Below the pieces are notes generated by a model. It searched no databases, was not told the DNA's origin, and saw only the letters and a list, made by a program, of their open reading frames with translations. A program made the translations under genes and the position numbers. Below are positions 1 to 9,788 of a stretch of DNA of 57,078 nt, one piece after another. The DNA is from Thermodesulfovibrionales bacterium (GTDB lineage: Bacteria; Nitrospirota; Thermodesulfovibrionia; Thermodesulfovibrionales; CALJEL01): positions 1-57,078 of the forward strand of contig JAOACK010000007.1 in NCBI GenBank assembly GCA_026417875.1, given 5' to 3'. The stretch's first letter is position 1; every line of letters begins with the position of its first letter.

Positions 1-1
1 C

Positions 2-691
2 AGTATAATGGATACAGATCCCCAGAAAGAAGGAAAGGAGCCCCTCCCTGTAAAGGCTTTAAGGAAGGAAGCAGAAAGGGTTGCAGTGATTATAGAAAAA
101 CTTCTGAATAAAATCATATACCTAATCAGAGAGCAGGAAAAGGCTAATTATGTGCTCTTAAGGGGCATATCTATGGTCCCGGATATCCCTGACTTTCAAG
201 AAACCTATGGTCTAAAAGCCATCTGCATTGCAACCTATCCCATGTACAGGGGGCTTGCCAGACTTATCGGAATGGATGTACTCGAGATAAAGGGTGATAT
301 TCCTGAAGAGCTCGAGGCATTGAAGGCTCATTATGATAAATATGATTTCTTCTTTATACATATTAAAAAGATTGATTCCTATGGTGAGGATGGTAATTTT
401 GATGGTAAGGTAAAGAAGATTGAAGAGTTTGATAAAGCCCTGCCCGAGATTCTGGCTTTAAAACCTGATGTACTTGTCATAACAGGTGACCATTCAACAC
501 CCAGTCTATTAAAATCCCATAGCTGGCATCCGGTACCTTTGCTTCTCAGTTCTCCCTTTGTTCTTGGCGGTTTGAGTTCTGCCTTTACAGAGAGGGAGTG
601 TGCAAAGGGAGAGCTCGGTATATTTCAAACGGTAAATCTCATGCCTCTTATACTTGCCAACAGCCTCAGACTGAAAAAATTCGGTGCATGA
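2..691 (+). CDS. apgM: cofactor-independent (archaeal-type) phosphoglycerate mutase ApgM, C-terminal ~230 aa; the 5' end lies off-window
   Basis: The frame is open to the window edge. The C-terminal motif ITGDHSTPSLLKSHSWHPVPLLL and the overall sequence resemble the ApgM/metalloenzyme superfamily. The stop overlaps the next start (ATGA). Confidence 0.7.
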   Translation, partial: SIMDTDPQKEGKEPLPVKALRKEAERVAVIIEKLLNKIIYLIREQEKANYVLLRGISMVPDIPDFQETYGLKAICIATYPMYRGLARLIGMDVLEIKGDIPEELEALKAHYDKYDFFFIHIKKIDSYGEDGNFDGKVKKIEEFDKALPEILALKPDVLVITGDHSTPSLLKSHSWHPVPLLLSSPFVLGGLSSAFTERECAKGELGIFQTVNLMPLILANSLRLKKFGA

Positions 692-2043
692 TAGACACCC
701 ATTGTCATCTCGAGCTCAAAGATTTTGACAGGGATAGAGCCTCTGTTATTGAGAGGGCAAAGAGTTCAGGTGTCGATATAATTATCACTGTAGCAACAGA
801 TTTAGAAGATGCCCAAAAGGCAATGAAGATTTCAGAGGAATTTTCCGGAATATATTTTTCTGCAGGTATCCATCCACATGAGGCAAAGGATTTTAATGAT
901 GAGACATGGAAGGAACTACTTGATATACTAAAACATCCAAAGGCAGTTGCAGTGGGCGAGACCGGTCTTGATTATTACAGAGACAGGTCTCCAAGAGATA
1001 TACAGAGGGATGTCTTCAGGAGGCATATAGAACTGAGCCTTAACCTTGACCTTCCTTTAATAATTCACTCAAGGGATGCAGCTGAAGATACAGTAAAGAT
1101 CATAGAGGAATTTGATATAAAAAGGGCAGTTCTTCACTGTTTTTCGGGTAGTCAAGAGATGGCAAGGTGGGCAGTAAAAAGAGGACTTTATATATCCATA
1201 GCAGGTCCTGTTACCTTTGAAAACTCAAAAAAACTGCCCGAGATTGTGAAGGAAATACCGGATGAATTCATCCTTATAGAAACAGATGCACCCTATCTTG
1301 CACCTGTACCTGAGCGGGGCAAAAGAAATGAGCCGGCCTTTTTAGTTCATACAGCAAGAAAGATTGCTGAGTTAAGGGGTGTGAGTCTTGAGGATATAGA
1401 CAGGATTACAACCCTTAATGCAAAGAGATTATTCAAGATAGAGCCTCTTCCTGAGCCGACTATTGCCTACAAGATAAGAGATAAGCTCTATCTTAATATT
1501 ACAAACAGGTGTTCCAATGTCTGTACCTTCTGCGTGAGATTCCATACTGACTATGTGAAAGGACATAACCTGAGATTAACAGAAGAACCCACTCCAGAGG
1601 AACTTATAGAACGGATTGGTGATCCGGCAAAATTTAAAGAAATAGTCTTCTGTGGATATGGTGAACCGACATTGAGACTGGATGTTATAAAGAAGGTTTC
1701 AGCCTGGATAAAAGAGAGGGGTGGCAGGGTCAGGATAAATACTAACGGGCACGGTAATTTAATTAATAAAAGAAATATACTTCCAGAACTCGAGGGTCTT
1801 GTGGATTCCCTCTCCATAAGCCTTAATTCTCCTGATGAGGAGACCTACAATAAAATATGCAGACCTAAGATTAAAGGAGCCTTTAGGGCTGTTTTAGATT
1901 TCATAAGAGAGGCAAAAAAACATATCCCGGTCGTTACAGTTACTGTAGTTGAGATGGATGGTGTTGATATTGAGGCCTGCAGAAGGCTTGCTCAGGAACT
2001 GGGCGTTAATCTTAAAATAAGGAAGCTTGGTGTTGTTGGCTGA
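688..2043 (+). CDS. TatD-family metal-dependent hydrolase fused to a C-terminal radical SAM domain (TatD-associated radical SAM type)
   Basis: The N-terminus MIDTHCHLE plus GETGLDYY, HSRDA and ETDAPYL are TatD motifs. The C-terminal half has NITNRCSNVCTFC (CX3CX2C) and GYGEPTL. The ATG at 688 overlaps the apgM stop, so the 598 start in the ORF track is probably spurious. Confidence 0.8.
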   Translation: MIDTHCHLELKDFDRDRASVIERAKSSGVDIIITVATDLEDAQKAMKISEEFSGIYFSAGIHPHEAKDFNDETWKELLDILKHPKAVAVGETGLDYYRDRSPRDIQRDVFRRHIELSLNLDLPLIIHSRDAAEDTVKIIEEFDIKRAVLHCFSGSQEMARWAVKRGLYISIAGPVTFENSKKLPEIVKEIPDEFILIETDAPYLAPVPERGKRNEPAFLVHTARKIAELRGVSLEDIDRITTLNAKRLFKIEPLPEPTIAYKIRDKLYLNITNRCSNVCTFCVRFHTDYVKGHNLRLTEEPTPEELIERIGDPAKFKEIVFCGYGEPTLRLDVIKKVSAWIKERGGRVRINTNGHGNLINKRNILPELEGLVDSLSISLNSPDEETYNKICRPKIKGAFRAVLDFIREAKKHIPVVTVTVVEMDGVDIEACRRLAQELGVNLKIRKLGVVG

Positions 2044-3118
2044 ACCACCTGAGGAAGGCCCTAACAACCTCAGGGTCAAATTGTGATCCTTCCGCTTTTT
2101 CAATCTCTGAGGCAGCCTGTTCAAAGGAAAGCCTTTTTCTGTAGGGTCTGTCAGTAGTCATTGCATCAAAGGCATCAGCAACAGCAATAATCCTTGCTAT
2201 AAGGGGTATTGTTTCACCTTTTAGTCCATAAAATCCTTTTCCATCCCATCTTTCATGATGATATTTTATCTCCCTGATTATATCACCACAGGGTTTAAGT
2301 GAAAGTAGTATCTCTTCTGCCTTCATTGTATGACCTTTTATGATCACACTTTCGTCCTCATCAAGTTTTCCGGGTTTGTTAAGGATATAGTCAGGTACTC
2401 CAATCTTTCCTATATCATGAAGAAGGGAGGCAATCTTTAATCTTTCGAGCTCCTTTCTTGATAAATTGAGTTCCCTTCCTATTGCCATTGCATAATGAAC
2501 TACCCTTTCTGTATGACCTGCTGTCCATGGTGATGATGCCTCGAGGGCTTTTATGAGACAGTTTATGCTTCCAGTGAGAAGCTCTTCTAATTCAGAAGAT
2601 ATAATGGTATTTTCAATAAAAAGTCCTGCATGAGAGGCAAGGGTATTCATGAGTTTTATCTCATTAGCAAAAAATTCCTTTGAAGGTTTCTGAATAATAA
2701 TGAGGGCACCTATATCTGACTTTTTACCGATTAAAGGGCTTATAAGCATTGATACTTCCTGCTTCTGGCCGTCTGAGATTTTACAGAATGCCCTCGTCTT
2801 TTTATCCCTGAGTGCTTTTTCAATAAGATTTTTTTCTTTCATTATCTCCTCAAGATCAATATCTCCTCTCCATGCCTTTATATAGAGATTTTTATCCATG
2901 TCAAAAAAAAGTATTACAGAGTTTTTATACCCGAAGATTCGTTCCGCAAGACTCAGGACCTTCTCTGCAATCTCATTGACATCGAGACCGATCAGTTCAG
3001 AGGTAATTTTGTAAAGGAGGGATAATTCCTCATAGGACTCTGATAGTTCCTTTACTGTGAGCTCAAGATCTTTTCTTAATGAACTAAGCTCTTCCAATTC
3101 TTTCAATGACGAGCTCAA
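2012..3118 (-). CDS. GAF-domain HD-GYP phosphodiesterase (c-di-GMP hydrolase family)
   Basis: HDIGKIGVP, HHERWDGKGFYGLKGETIP and ADAFDAMTTDRPYR are HD-GYP signatures. The N-terminal half is GAF-like. Confidence 0.85.
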   Translation of the reverse strand: MSSSLKELEELSSLRKDLELTVKELSESYEELSLLYKITSELIGLDVNEIAEKVLSLAERIFGYKNSVILFFDMDKNLYIKAWRGDIDLEEIMKEKNLIEKALRDKKTRAFCKISDGQKQEVSMLISPLIGKKSDIGALIIIQKPSKEFFANEIKLMNTLASHAGLFIENTIISSELEELLTGSINCLIKALEASSPWTAGHTERVVHYAMAIGRELNLSRKELERLKIASLLHDIGKIGVPDYILNKPGKLDEDESVIIKGHTMKAEEILLSLKPCGDIIREIKYHHERWDGKGFYGLKGETIPLIARIIAVADAFDAMTTDRPYRKRLSFEQAASEIEKAEGSQFDPEVVRAFLRWFSQQHQASLF

Positions 3119-3452
3119 GGAGTTCTCTGGGGCTGAAGGGTTTCGTTATATATCTTTCAGCCCCATACTTTATACCTGCAAGCTCGTCATCCTCCTGTCC
3201 TTTAGCGGTAAGCATAAATACGGGTATATCCTTCAGTTCTGGTTCTGATTTTATTGCTTTTAATATATCAAGGCCGCTTACCCTGGGCATCATCCAGTCC
3301 AGGATTATTAAATTGGGTTTTTCCTTTTTTATCGCATCAATGGCAAGGGAGCTATCCCTAATTGAGATTACCTGAAAGTTATCTTTGAATTTGTCCTCAA
3401 TCATCATCGATATAAAAGGCTCATCATCAATGATCATTACCTTTTTCTTCAT
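3084..3452 (-). CDS. single-domain response regulator (CheY-like receiver)
   Basis: KKVMIIDDEP, LIILDWMMP and TAKG...KPF are receiver motifs. There is a 4-nt overlap with the upstream kinase gene. Confidence 0.9.
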   Translation of the reverse strand: MKKKVMIIDDEPFISMMIEDKFKDNFQVISIRDSSLAIDAIKKEKPNLIILDWMMPRVSGLDILKAIKSEPELKDIPVFMLTAKGQEDDELAGIKYGAERYITKPFSPRELLELVIERIGRA

Positions 3453-6400
3453 CCTTTTACCTCTACCTGAAAGGGCAGGCTTATATGTATTGATGTGCCC
3501 TTTTCCGGCTGGCTTTCTATGGAAAGAATTCCTCCATGGAGTTTAACTATCTCTTTAACAAGGCTGAGTCCAAGGCCTGTTCCTTTTGTCCTTTCTCCAT
3601 GTTTACCCCTGTAAAATTTCTCACCAAGATGCGGTATATCTTCCTCAGCAATTCCCCAGCCTGTATCCCTTACATTTATCTCAAGCATATCCTTTACTCT
3701 CCTCAGGAGTACAGATACTCTTACACCACTATCCGAATAGGTAAGAGAGTTGTCAATAAGATTTCTCAGCATCTGTTCAATCTTGGCCTCATCTCCTCTG
3801 AAACCTGAAAGATCACCCTCTACCCTTATTGCTATAAGGGCGGATTTTTTTTCTATTATATCAGAAAAGGCTTCTTTAATGGATTCTATGATTTTCTTAA
3901 AATCAACCGGTCCTATTTTAAAAAACTCTTTTTTTTCAAGTCTTGAGATGTCAAGGAGTTCTGATATCATCTTTGATAATCTAAGGCCCTCTTTATACAT
4001 TATATTCAGGTATTCCCTTGCTCTTTCTCCTGAGACATCTCCATTGAGGATCATTTCTGACATTCCTATAATGGCCGTAAGAGGAGTTCTGAATTCATGT
4101 GATACAGACCTAATTATCTCGGTCTTGATTCTGTCAAGTTCTTTCTGTCCTGTCACATCCCTGAAAACCTGAACGGCACCTGTTATATTCCCGGTAACGG
4201 GTTCTCTGAGCGGCAGGCAGCTGATCTGGAGAATAAATCTTCTTCCCTTTGGATTAATATATTCCATTTCAGTGGAGGAAGCACTTCCCTGAAGGGCAAG
4301 GTTTAGAGGACATTCTTCTGTTCCGCATAGCGGCTTTTCTGTTCCGTGGAGCATAAGGTCTCTACATTTTTTCCCGATGGTTCTCTCCCTTCTCAGACCG
4401 AAGATCTCCTCAGACGCCCTGTTCATGGATGTTATATATCCTTCAGTATCAACAGTGTATACTCCATCTTCAATACTGTCAAGTATGGTTGTTGAGAGTG
4501 CCTCCTGCCTTAGCAGAATTTCATAAGATTCTGACCTTTCTATAGATAAGCCAAGGACAGTTGAGAAGATCTTCAGAAAGTGTATCTCTTCTTCTTGAAA
4601 ATCCCGTGGTGTTTTCGAAAAAAGGCTCAGAGCTCCAATTGTCCTTTCACCGGAGGATAATGGTATGGTGAGATAGGAAATAAAATTGTTTCTGAATATA
4701 TCATGATAATAAAATCTTGGCTCCAATTTTATATCCTTTACCTGCACTATGACACCTTCCTTTATGGAAAGGGCCTCCTGGGAACTTACATTTTCGTTAT
4801 AAAGCAATAGTGGTTCATCTATGCCCTTTATACGGGGTATGAGTTTTCTCAGAATGAAATTTCCAGACTGGTCTTTACGTATAAGGCCAATTCCATCTGT
4901 ATTCAGCCTCTCCTTTATAAAAATAAGCGAGTTTTCCATTAATTCCTCAAGCCCCCTGGTACCGGAGAGTATGTCCACCATGATAGAAAGATCTTCTAGT
5001 TCCTTCTGCCTTTTATCCCTGAGTGTTCTGTAGAGATTCTGCGATTTTTCGTAGAGAAATATATTCTCAAAGGCAAGGCCTATTAACTCTCCTATTGACC
5101 TCAGGATATCCTCATCTTCCATGCTCCACTTATAGGGTCTGAATGTGAATAGACAGAAGACACCAAGAATTCTCTCCTTACCCTTTAAGGGAATACAGCA
5201 GTATCCTTTTATACCAGCATGTCTCAGTATTGATCTTTCAAGTCTGGGATCCATAGATACATCATTGGTGCATACAATAGTGCCTGATTGGGCAACCCTG
5301 CCGGGAATGTCAATTCCCAGAGGAACGCGGCCTGCCTGTCTTATAAATTCCTCTGATATGCCTGAATGGTAGCGACAGACAAGAGTTTCCCTGTCAAGTA
5401 TAAATATACCTCCACCGTCCATCCCGAAGGTCTCTTTGAGTTTTTCAATTACTGAGTTGAATATCTCCTCTGCCTTAAGAGACCTTGAAAGAATTGCTGA
5501 GACCTCATTCAGAAGACCAAGTTCTCTGTTCTTCTTTCTAAGCTCCTCCTCTATAGATTTTTTCTCTGTTATATCTCTCATGAATTCTATTACATTGTCC
5601 ACTCTTTCATCTTTTCCTTTTAATGGATAGGCTATAATTTCATAGGTGCGGTTTTTGCCTGTTAGGTCCTTATGTTCATGCTCTGTAACAAAGGGCATAC
5701 CTGTATTGAAAACCATTCTTACAGGGCATCGCAATTCTCTATTCTCACTACAGGGTCTTTCAAGAAGATGGGAAATGGAATAACAAAATTTCCCTTCAGG
5801 ATTCATGCCTATTCTTTTTCTCACAGCATCATTTGCCTTTATTACACTGAAATCCCTGTCTATTACTAGAAGCTCATCCTGGATGCTGTTCATTATTGTC
5901 TCAAGATAATCCCTTGAGAGCCTTATCTCCTCCCTCAAGGCAAGGCCCTCTCTGAAGTCCTTCAGGGTAAGGATTGTATATTCAGTTCCGTTAAATTTCA
6001 TAGATGTTGCCGTAAAGAGCAGGGGTATGGTATTCCCTTCCTTGGTTATGCCCTTAAGCTCTCCTGTTCTTTCTTCATTATTTTTAAATTCAGGAAAAGT
6101 TTTTTGAACTGATACACCAAGTATCTCATCTCTTTCATATCCGAAAAGCCTGGTAAAGGCTGGATTGATATCTATAATTTTGCCGTCCTGGTCAATGACA
6201 ATGAGCGGGTCTGTCATCCTCTCAATGTAGAATTCCTTTTTTTTAAGCTCCTCTGTTGTCTCCTTCAGTCCCCTTGTCATTATGTTGAATGTCTTTATAA
6301 GTTCACCAAATTCATCAGAAGCTCTATAGGGTATTTCAAAATCAAACTTACCTTCTCTGACTCTGAAAGCTGCCTTTTTCAGCATACTTAAGGGTCTTGT

Positions 6401-6598
6401 AATCTTTCTTGAAAGAAACAGAGAGAGGATAAAGGAAAGTATAAGACTGTAAAAGGCTATTACAAAAATTCTCTCTATTAAGGAGCTCTGGATTTCTCTA
6501 CTGTAATGACCGATCATAAATACAATGGGTATAACTGTGAGGGCAACCACAGAAAAGAGAATGAGAAAAATTATATAGATTATCTTAAGTTTATACAT
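3449..6598 (-). CDS. multi-domain sensor histidine kinase (2 TM, HAMP, 3 PAS, 2 GAF, HisKA, HATPase_c)
   Basis: The H-box is SHEFRTPLTAI, the N-box LIDNSLTYS, and the G-boxes DTGWGI and GTGLGLSLV. There is an N-terminal TM pair plus a HAMP-like linker. PAS and GAF segments were judged by eye. Confidence 0.9.
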   Translation of the reverse strand: MYKLKIIYIIFLILFSVVALTVIPIVFMIGHYSREIQSSLIERIFVIAFYSLILSFILSLFLSRKITRPLSMLKKAAFRVREGKFDFEIPYRASDEFGELIKTFNIMTRGLKETTEELKKKEFYIERMTDPLIVIDQDGKIIDINPAFTRLFGYERDEILGVSVQKTFPEFKNNEERTGELKGITKEGNTIPLLFTATSMKFNGTEYTILTLKDFREGLALREEIRLSRDYLETIMNSIQDELLVIDRDFSVIKANDAVRKRIGMNPEGKFCYSISHLLERPCSENRELRCPVRMVFNTGMPFVTEHEHKDLTGKNRTYEIIAYPLKGKDERVDNVIEFMRDITEKKSIEEELRKKNRELGLLNEVSAILSRSLKAEEIFNSVIEKLKETFGMDGGGIFILDRETLVCRYHSGISEEFIRQAGRVPLGIDIPGRVAQSGTIVCTNDVSMDPRLERSILRHAGIKGYCCIPLKGKERILGVFCLFTFRPYKWSMEDEDILRSIGELIGLAFENIFLYEKSQNLYRTLRDKRQKELEDLSIMVDILSGTRGLEELMENSLIFIKERLNTDGIGLIRKDQSGNFILRKLIPRIKGIDEPLLLYNENVSSQEALSIKEGVIVQVKDIKLEPRFYYHDIFRNNFISYLTIPLSSGERTIGALSLFSKTPRDFQEEEIHFLKIFSTVLGLSIERSESYEILLRQEALSTTILDSIEDGVYTVDTEGYITSMNRASEEIFGLRRERTIGKKCRDLMLHGTEKPLCGTEECPLNLALQGSASSTEMEYINPKGRRFILQISCLPLREPVTGNITGAVQVFRDVTGQKELDRIKTEIIRSVSHEFRTPLTAIIGMSEMILNGDVSGERAREYLNIMYKEGLRLSKMISELLDISRLEKKEFFKIGPVDFKKIIESIKEAFSDIIEKKSALIAIRVEGDLSGFRGDEAKIEQMLRNLIDNSLTYSDSGVRVSVLLRRVKDMLEINVRDTGWGIAEEDIPHLGEKFYRGKHGERTKGTGLGLSLVKEIVKLHGGILSIESQPEKGTSIHISLPFQVEVKG

Positions 6599-7538
6599 AA
6601 TAAAGGCAGTAGATATGAACCAGTAGGCTTATTAGGACCCATGAAATAAAAACAGCATATAAAGGCTTTGGTCCTATGTCAGCAATAGAATCAAAATCCA
6701 CACTCAGACCTATTGCAGATAGGGTTACTGTAAGAAAAAATATGCTTAATGGTTCAAAAAGCTTCTTTAAGCCTGGTGCCAGGGTGTTGACTGTTATAAC
6801 CATGGTAAAAAAACCTGCTACAAGGATTATCCTCAAAAATCTGGGAAAGGAGATAATGCTCTCTTCTCTTTTGTCCTTTGAGATAAGGCCAAACCATAGT
6901 ATGAGAATCATTAAAAGAGAGACCCTAAGGGTTTTATAATGAATAGCTTTATTGAGTATTGCTTCGCCCGTTATATTCCCTACAACCTTTACTTGACCGA
7001 GCATCGGCAGTGTTGTGCCTGTAAAAAGGGCAAATCCATCATTGCTCATACCAGAAACAACATTCAAAAGCGGATATACAATCAGTCCTATAAGGCCTAC
7101 TACCATAACTGATATAATAGAAAGTGAAGTTTCTTCTTTTTTTGTACCAACAAGAGGAGAGATAATAGTAATTGTTACAGTTCCACATACAGCAAGACCC
7201 GAGGAGAGAAGAAGGGAAAAGGCTTTATTGATACCAAGAAGACGACCGATAAAAAAGGTGAACATAAAGGTCAAGATGAATATAACCGGAACCGCTAACA
7301 TATGAGATATATTTTCTTGATGAAGGACGAGCTGTGTTCCATAGAGTATTATCCCTGCCGGAAGGAAGTATTTAATGCAGACATTAATGCCTGTCTGAAG
7401 AGAGGACTTTTTTTCAACAAAATTTCCGACAAGCATTCCAATGATAATTGATAAAACCAGACTATCAAGACTGGGGTGTATGGACGATATCCACAGTGAG
7501 ATAAGACCTATAACAAATGATAGAAGAATACCCATCAT
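6591..7538 (-). CDS. polytopic membrane protein, YeiH/UPF0324-like putative transporter
   Basis: About 9-10 hydrophobic helices across 315 aa. Its size and pattern are consistent with the YeiH family. The assignment is tentative. Confidence 0.5.
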   Translation of the reverse strand: MMGILLSFVIGLISLWISSIHPSLDSLVLSIIIGMLVGNFVEKKSSLQTGINVCIKYFLPAGIILYGTQLVLHQENISHMLAVPVIFILTFMFTFFIGRLLGINKAFSLLLSSGLAVCGTVTITIISPLVGTKKEETSLSIISVMVVGLIGLIVYPLLNVVSGMSNDGFALFTGTTLPMLGQVKVVGNITGEAILNKAIHYKTLRVSLLMILILWFGLISKDKREESIISFPRFLRIILVAGFFTMVITVNTLAPGLKKLFEPLSIFFLTVTLSAIGLSVDFDSIADIGPKPLYAVFISWVLISLLVHIYCLYYV

Positions 7539-7593
7539 AGATATGCTATCCTTTTTATAAATTTTTAAATTCAGCTAACCAACACGTTTTAAC

Positions 7594-8850
7594 TCAATCT
7601 CCAAACTTATTGATTGCCAGGCTCTCTATGTCTTGTTCCCCTATTTCTCCTTCGGAGCCATCAGAGAGTCTTTTCCACCTGAGACGGGACCGTTTCAATT
7701 CATCCTCACCGATTATTATGACATATTCTGACTTCAATCTGTCCGCCCTCCTCAGCTGACTTTTTAAAGAAGAACCTGTACCAAGCTCAACCCAGAGGCC
7801 TTTTTCTCTCAATCTTTCAGCAATCTTAAAACATACCCTTTCTGCCTCATCTCCGAGGAAGGCAAGAAAAAAATGAGGTCCTTTTTCCTTTATCTCCTCT
7901 CTTTCTTTAAGAAGACTCACCAGCCTCTCCATGCCTATTGCAAAACCAGTGGCGGGTGTTGGCGGGCCACCAAATTCCTCAACAAGATTATCATATCTTC
8001 CACCAGCTGCTATAGCGTTCTGGGCTCCGAGGGATTCACTCTTCACCTCAAAAATTGTCCTGGTGTAATAATCAAGACCTCTTACAAGGTCCGGTTTGAC
8101 TGTATAAAGGATACCCATATACTCTAGATAGGACCTGAGTTTATCAAAGTGGCTCAGACAGTCTTTACAGAGAAAATCAAGAATGGAAGGAGCGTCCCCT
8201 CTCTCTTTTATACAGCCCGGAACTTTACAGTCAAGAAGCCTTAAGGGATTTTTTTCAAACCTTCTCTGGCAGTCAGTACAGAATGCCTTTATCCTTCCTG
8301 AAAAGAATTCTATAAGTTTTTCTCTATAGCGAGGTCTACACTGAGAACAGCCCAGTGAATTGAGCTCGATTGTTAGGTCCTGAAAACCGAGCTTATTTAA
8401 AATGCTTCTTAAAAGGAGCATGACCTCTGCATCCATCCTGGGTTCTGCTATTCCAAAGGCCTCAACGCCTATCTGGTGAAACTGCCTGAACCTTCCTGCC
8501 TGTGGTCTTTCATATCTGAACATCGGACCTGTATAGTAAAATTTCTGGGGAACGGGCAGATTATAAAGACCGTTTTCTATATAAGCCCTCACTGCACCCG
8601 CTGTGCCTTCAGGTCTCAGGGTTATTGATCTGCCAGCTTTATCATTGAAGGTATACATCTCCTTTTCTACGATATCTGTCGTGGTTCCTATACTTCTCCG
8701 GAAAAGTTCTGTATATTCTATTATCGGCAGCCTTATCTCCTTGAAACCATATAACCTGAAAAACTCCTGAGATACCTCTTCAATCTTCTGATAAAGATAG
8801 ACCTCTGGTGCATATATATCATGGACACCCTTAACCCTGCTAAACCTCAT
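7594..8850 (-). CDS. hisS: histidine--tRNA ligase
   Basis: Class II aaRS HisS motifs are present: RGVHDIY-type N-terminus, LRPEGTAGAVR, FRYERPQAGRFRQFHQ, GGRYD. I chose the start at MRFSRVKG (8850); the ORF is open back to 8880. Confidence 0.9.
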   Translation of the reverse strand: MRFSRVKGVHDIYAPEVYLYQKIEEVSQEFFRLYGFKEIRLPIIEYTELFRRSIGTTTDIVEKEMYTFNDKAGRSITLRPEGTAGAVRAYIENGLYNLPVPQKFYYTGPMFRYERPQAGRFRQFHQIGVEAFGIAEPRMDAEVMLLLRSILNKLGFQDLTIELNSLGCSQCRPRYREKLIEFFSGRIKAFCTDCQRRFEKNPLRLLDCKVPGCIKERGDAPSILDFLCKDCLSHFDKLRSYLEYMGILYTVKPDLVRGLDYYTRTIFEVKSESLGAQNAIAAGGRYDNLVEEFGGPPTPATGFAIGMERLVSLLKEREEIKEKGPHFFLAFLGDEAERVCFKIAERLREKGLWVELGTGSSLKSQLRRADRLKSEYVIIIGEDELKRSRLRWKRLSDGSEGEIGEQDIESLAINKFGD

Positions 8851-9313
8851 CAGTTCTGCCTTCCTCGCGTTCTCTGTCAAATTCCAGCATCCTCATGTGG
8901 CTCTCAAGAAGTCTTCTCAATTCTTCCTTTATGTGCCGTCTTATGCCCTTCAGATCCATTATATCCTCATGTATCTTTATAACCTTATCCTGTGCTTCCC
9001 TGACCATCTGTTCTGCTTTGAGTTCTGCTTCTTTTATCATAAGCTCAGCCTGCTTTCTGGCATTATTCCTGAATTCTTCGACCATCTGCTGGGCAGTCAT
9101 CAGGGTTTCCCTGAGAGTAGTCTCCATATCCCTGTATTCCTTTAACTGGCTTTCAAGTCTCTGAATCTGCTCTTTCAGGGAAGCATTTTCCCTGAGCAGA
9201 TTCTCCATCTCCTCCCTGACTATCTCAAGAAAGGCGTAGACCTCCTCCACATCAAAACCTCTGAATCTGATGGGAAACTGTTTTTGCTGAATATCAAGGG
9301 GTGTTATTCGCAA
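8840..9313 (-). CDS. divIVA: DivIVA-domain cell-division protein
   Basis: The N-terminus is (M)RITPLDIQQKQFPIRFRGFDVEEV, followed by coiled coil. A TTG start is preceded by AAGGAGG. Confidence 0.85.
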   Translation of the reverse strand: MRITPLDIQQKQFPIRFRGFDVEEVYAFLEIVREEMENLLRENASLKEQIQRLESQLKEYRDMETTLRETLMTAQQMVEEFRNNARKQAELMIKEAELKAEQMVREAQDKVIKIHEDIMDLKGIRRHIKEELRRLLESHMRMLEFDREREEGRTDEV

Positions 9314-9353
9314 TTTTTACCTCCTTAAGAAATGATAGTTTAAAAACACCTTT

Positions 9354-9653
9354 TTATTTCAATTTATGTCCCAGCTCAATAAGTGTTACTATAAAAAACT
9401 TTTTGATAAAGTAAATTCCCAGAATGACAATCATGGGAGAGAGGTCCACAGGTCCAAGCCTGAAACCGAGTATCCTTCTTACAGGTCTTAATACAGGTTC
9501 TGTGAGTCCGTAAAGGATTCTCACCAGAGGATTATAGGGATCCGGGTTTACCCAGCTCACAAGTGCTGCAATTATTATTATCCACATGTAGATAGTGAGA
9601 ACTATATCAAGTATATCAGCAATAGCAATCAAAAGATTTCCTAAAACAAACAT
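9354..9653 (-). CDS. yggT: YggT-family membrane protein
   Basis: A small 2-4 TM protein in the conserved proC-yggT-divIVA neighbourhood. The ATG at 9653 is preceded by GGGAGG at good spacing. Confidence 0.75.
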   Translation of the reverse strand: MFVLGNLLIAIADILDIVLTIYMWIIIIAALVSWVNPDPYNPLVRILYGLTEPVLRPVRRILGFRLGPVDLSPMIVILGIYFIKKFFIVTLIELGHKLK

Positions 9654-9788
9654 AAAAACCTCCCTCAGATTTATCACATCAATTATATCACACCTGATTG
9701 TAGCTATAAAGTGAAGTAATCAGAGGATTATATTTTATCTTTAATTAAAAAAATCAACCATCCTGTAATTTAAAAAGTAATGAGATTT

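Noticed and set aside
598-687. A 30-codon N-terminal extension of the TatD-radical SAM ORF (MCKGRARYISNG...).
   Set aside because: It lies entirely inside the apgM coding frame. The internal ATG at 688 gives the canonical TatD N-terminus MIDTHCH and forms an ATGA overlap with the apgM stop.
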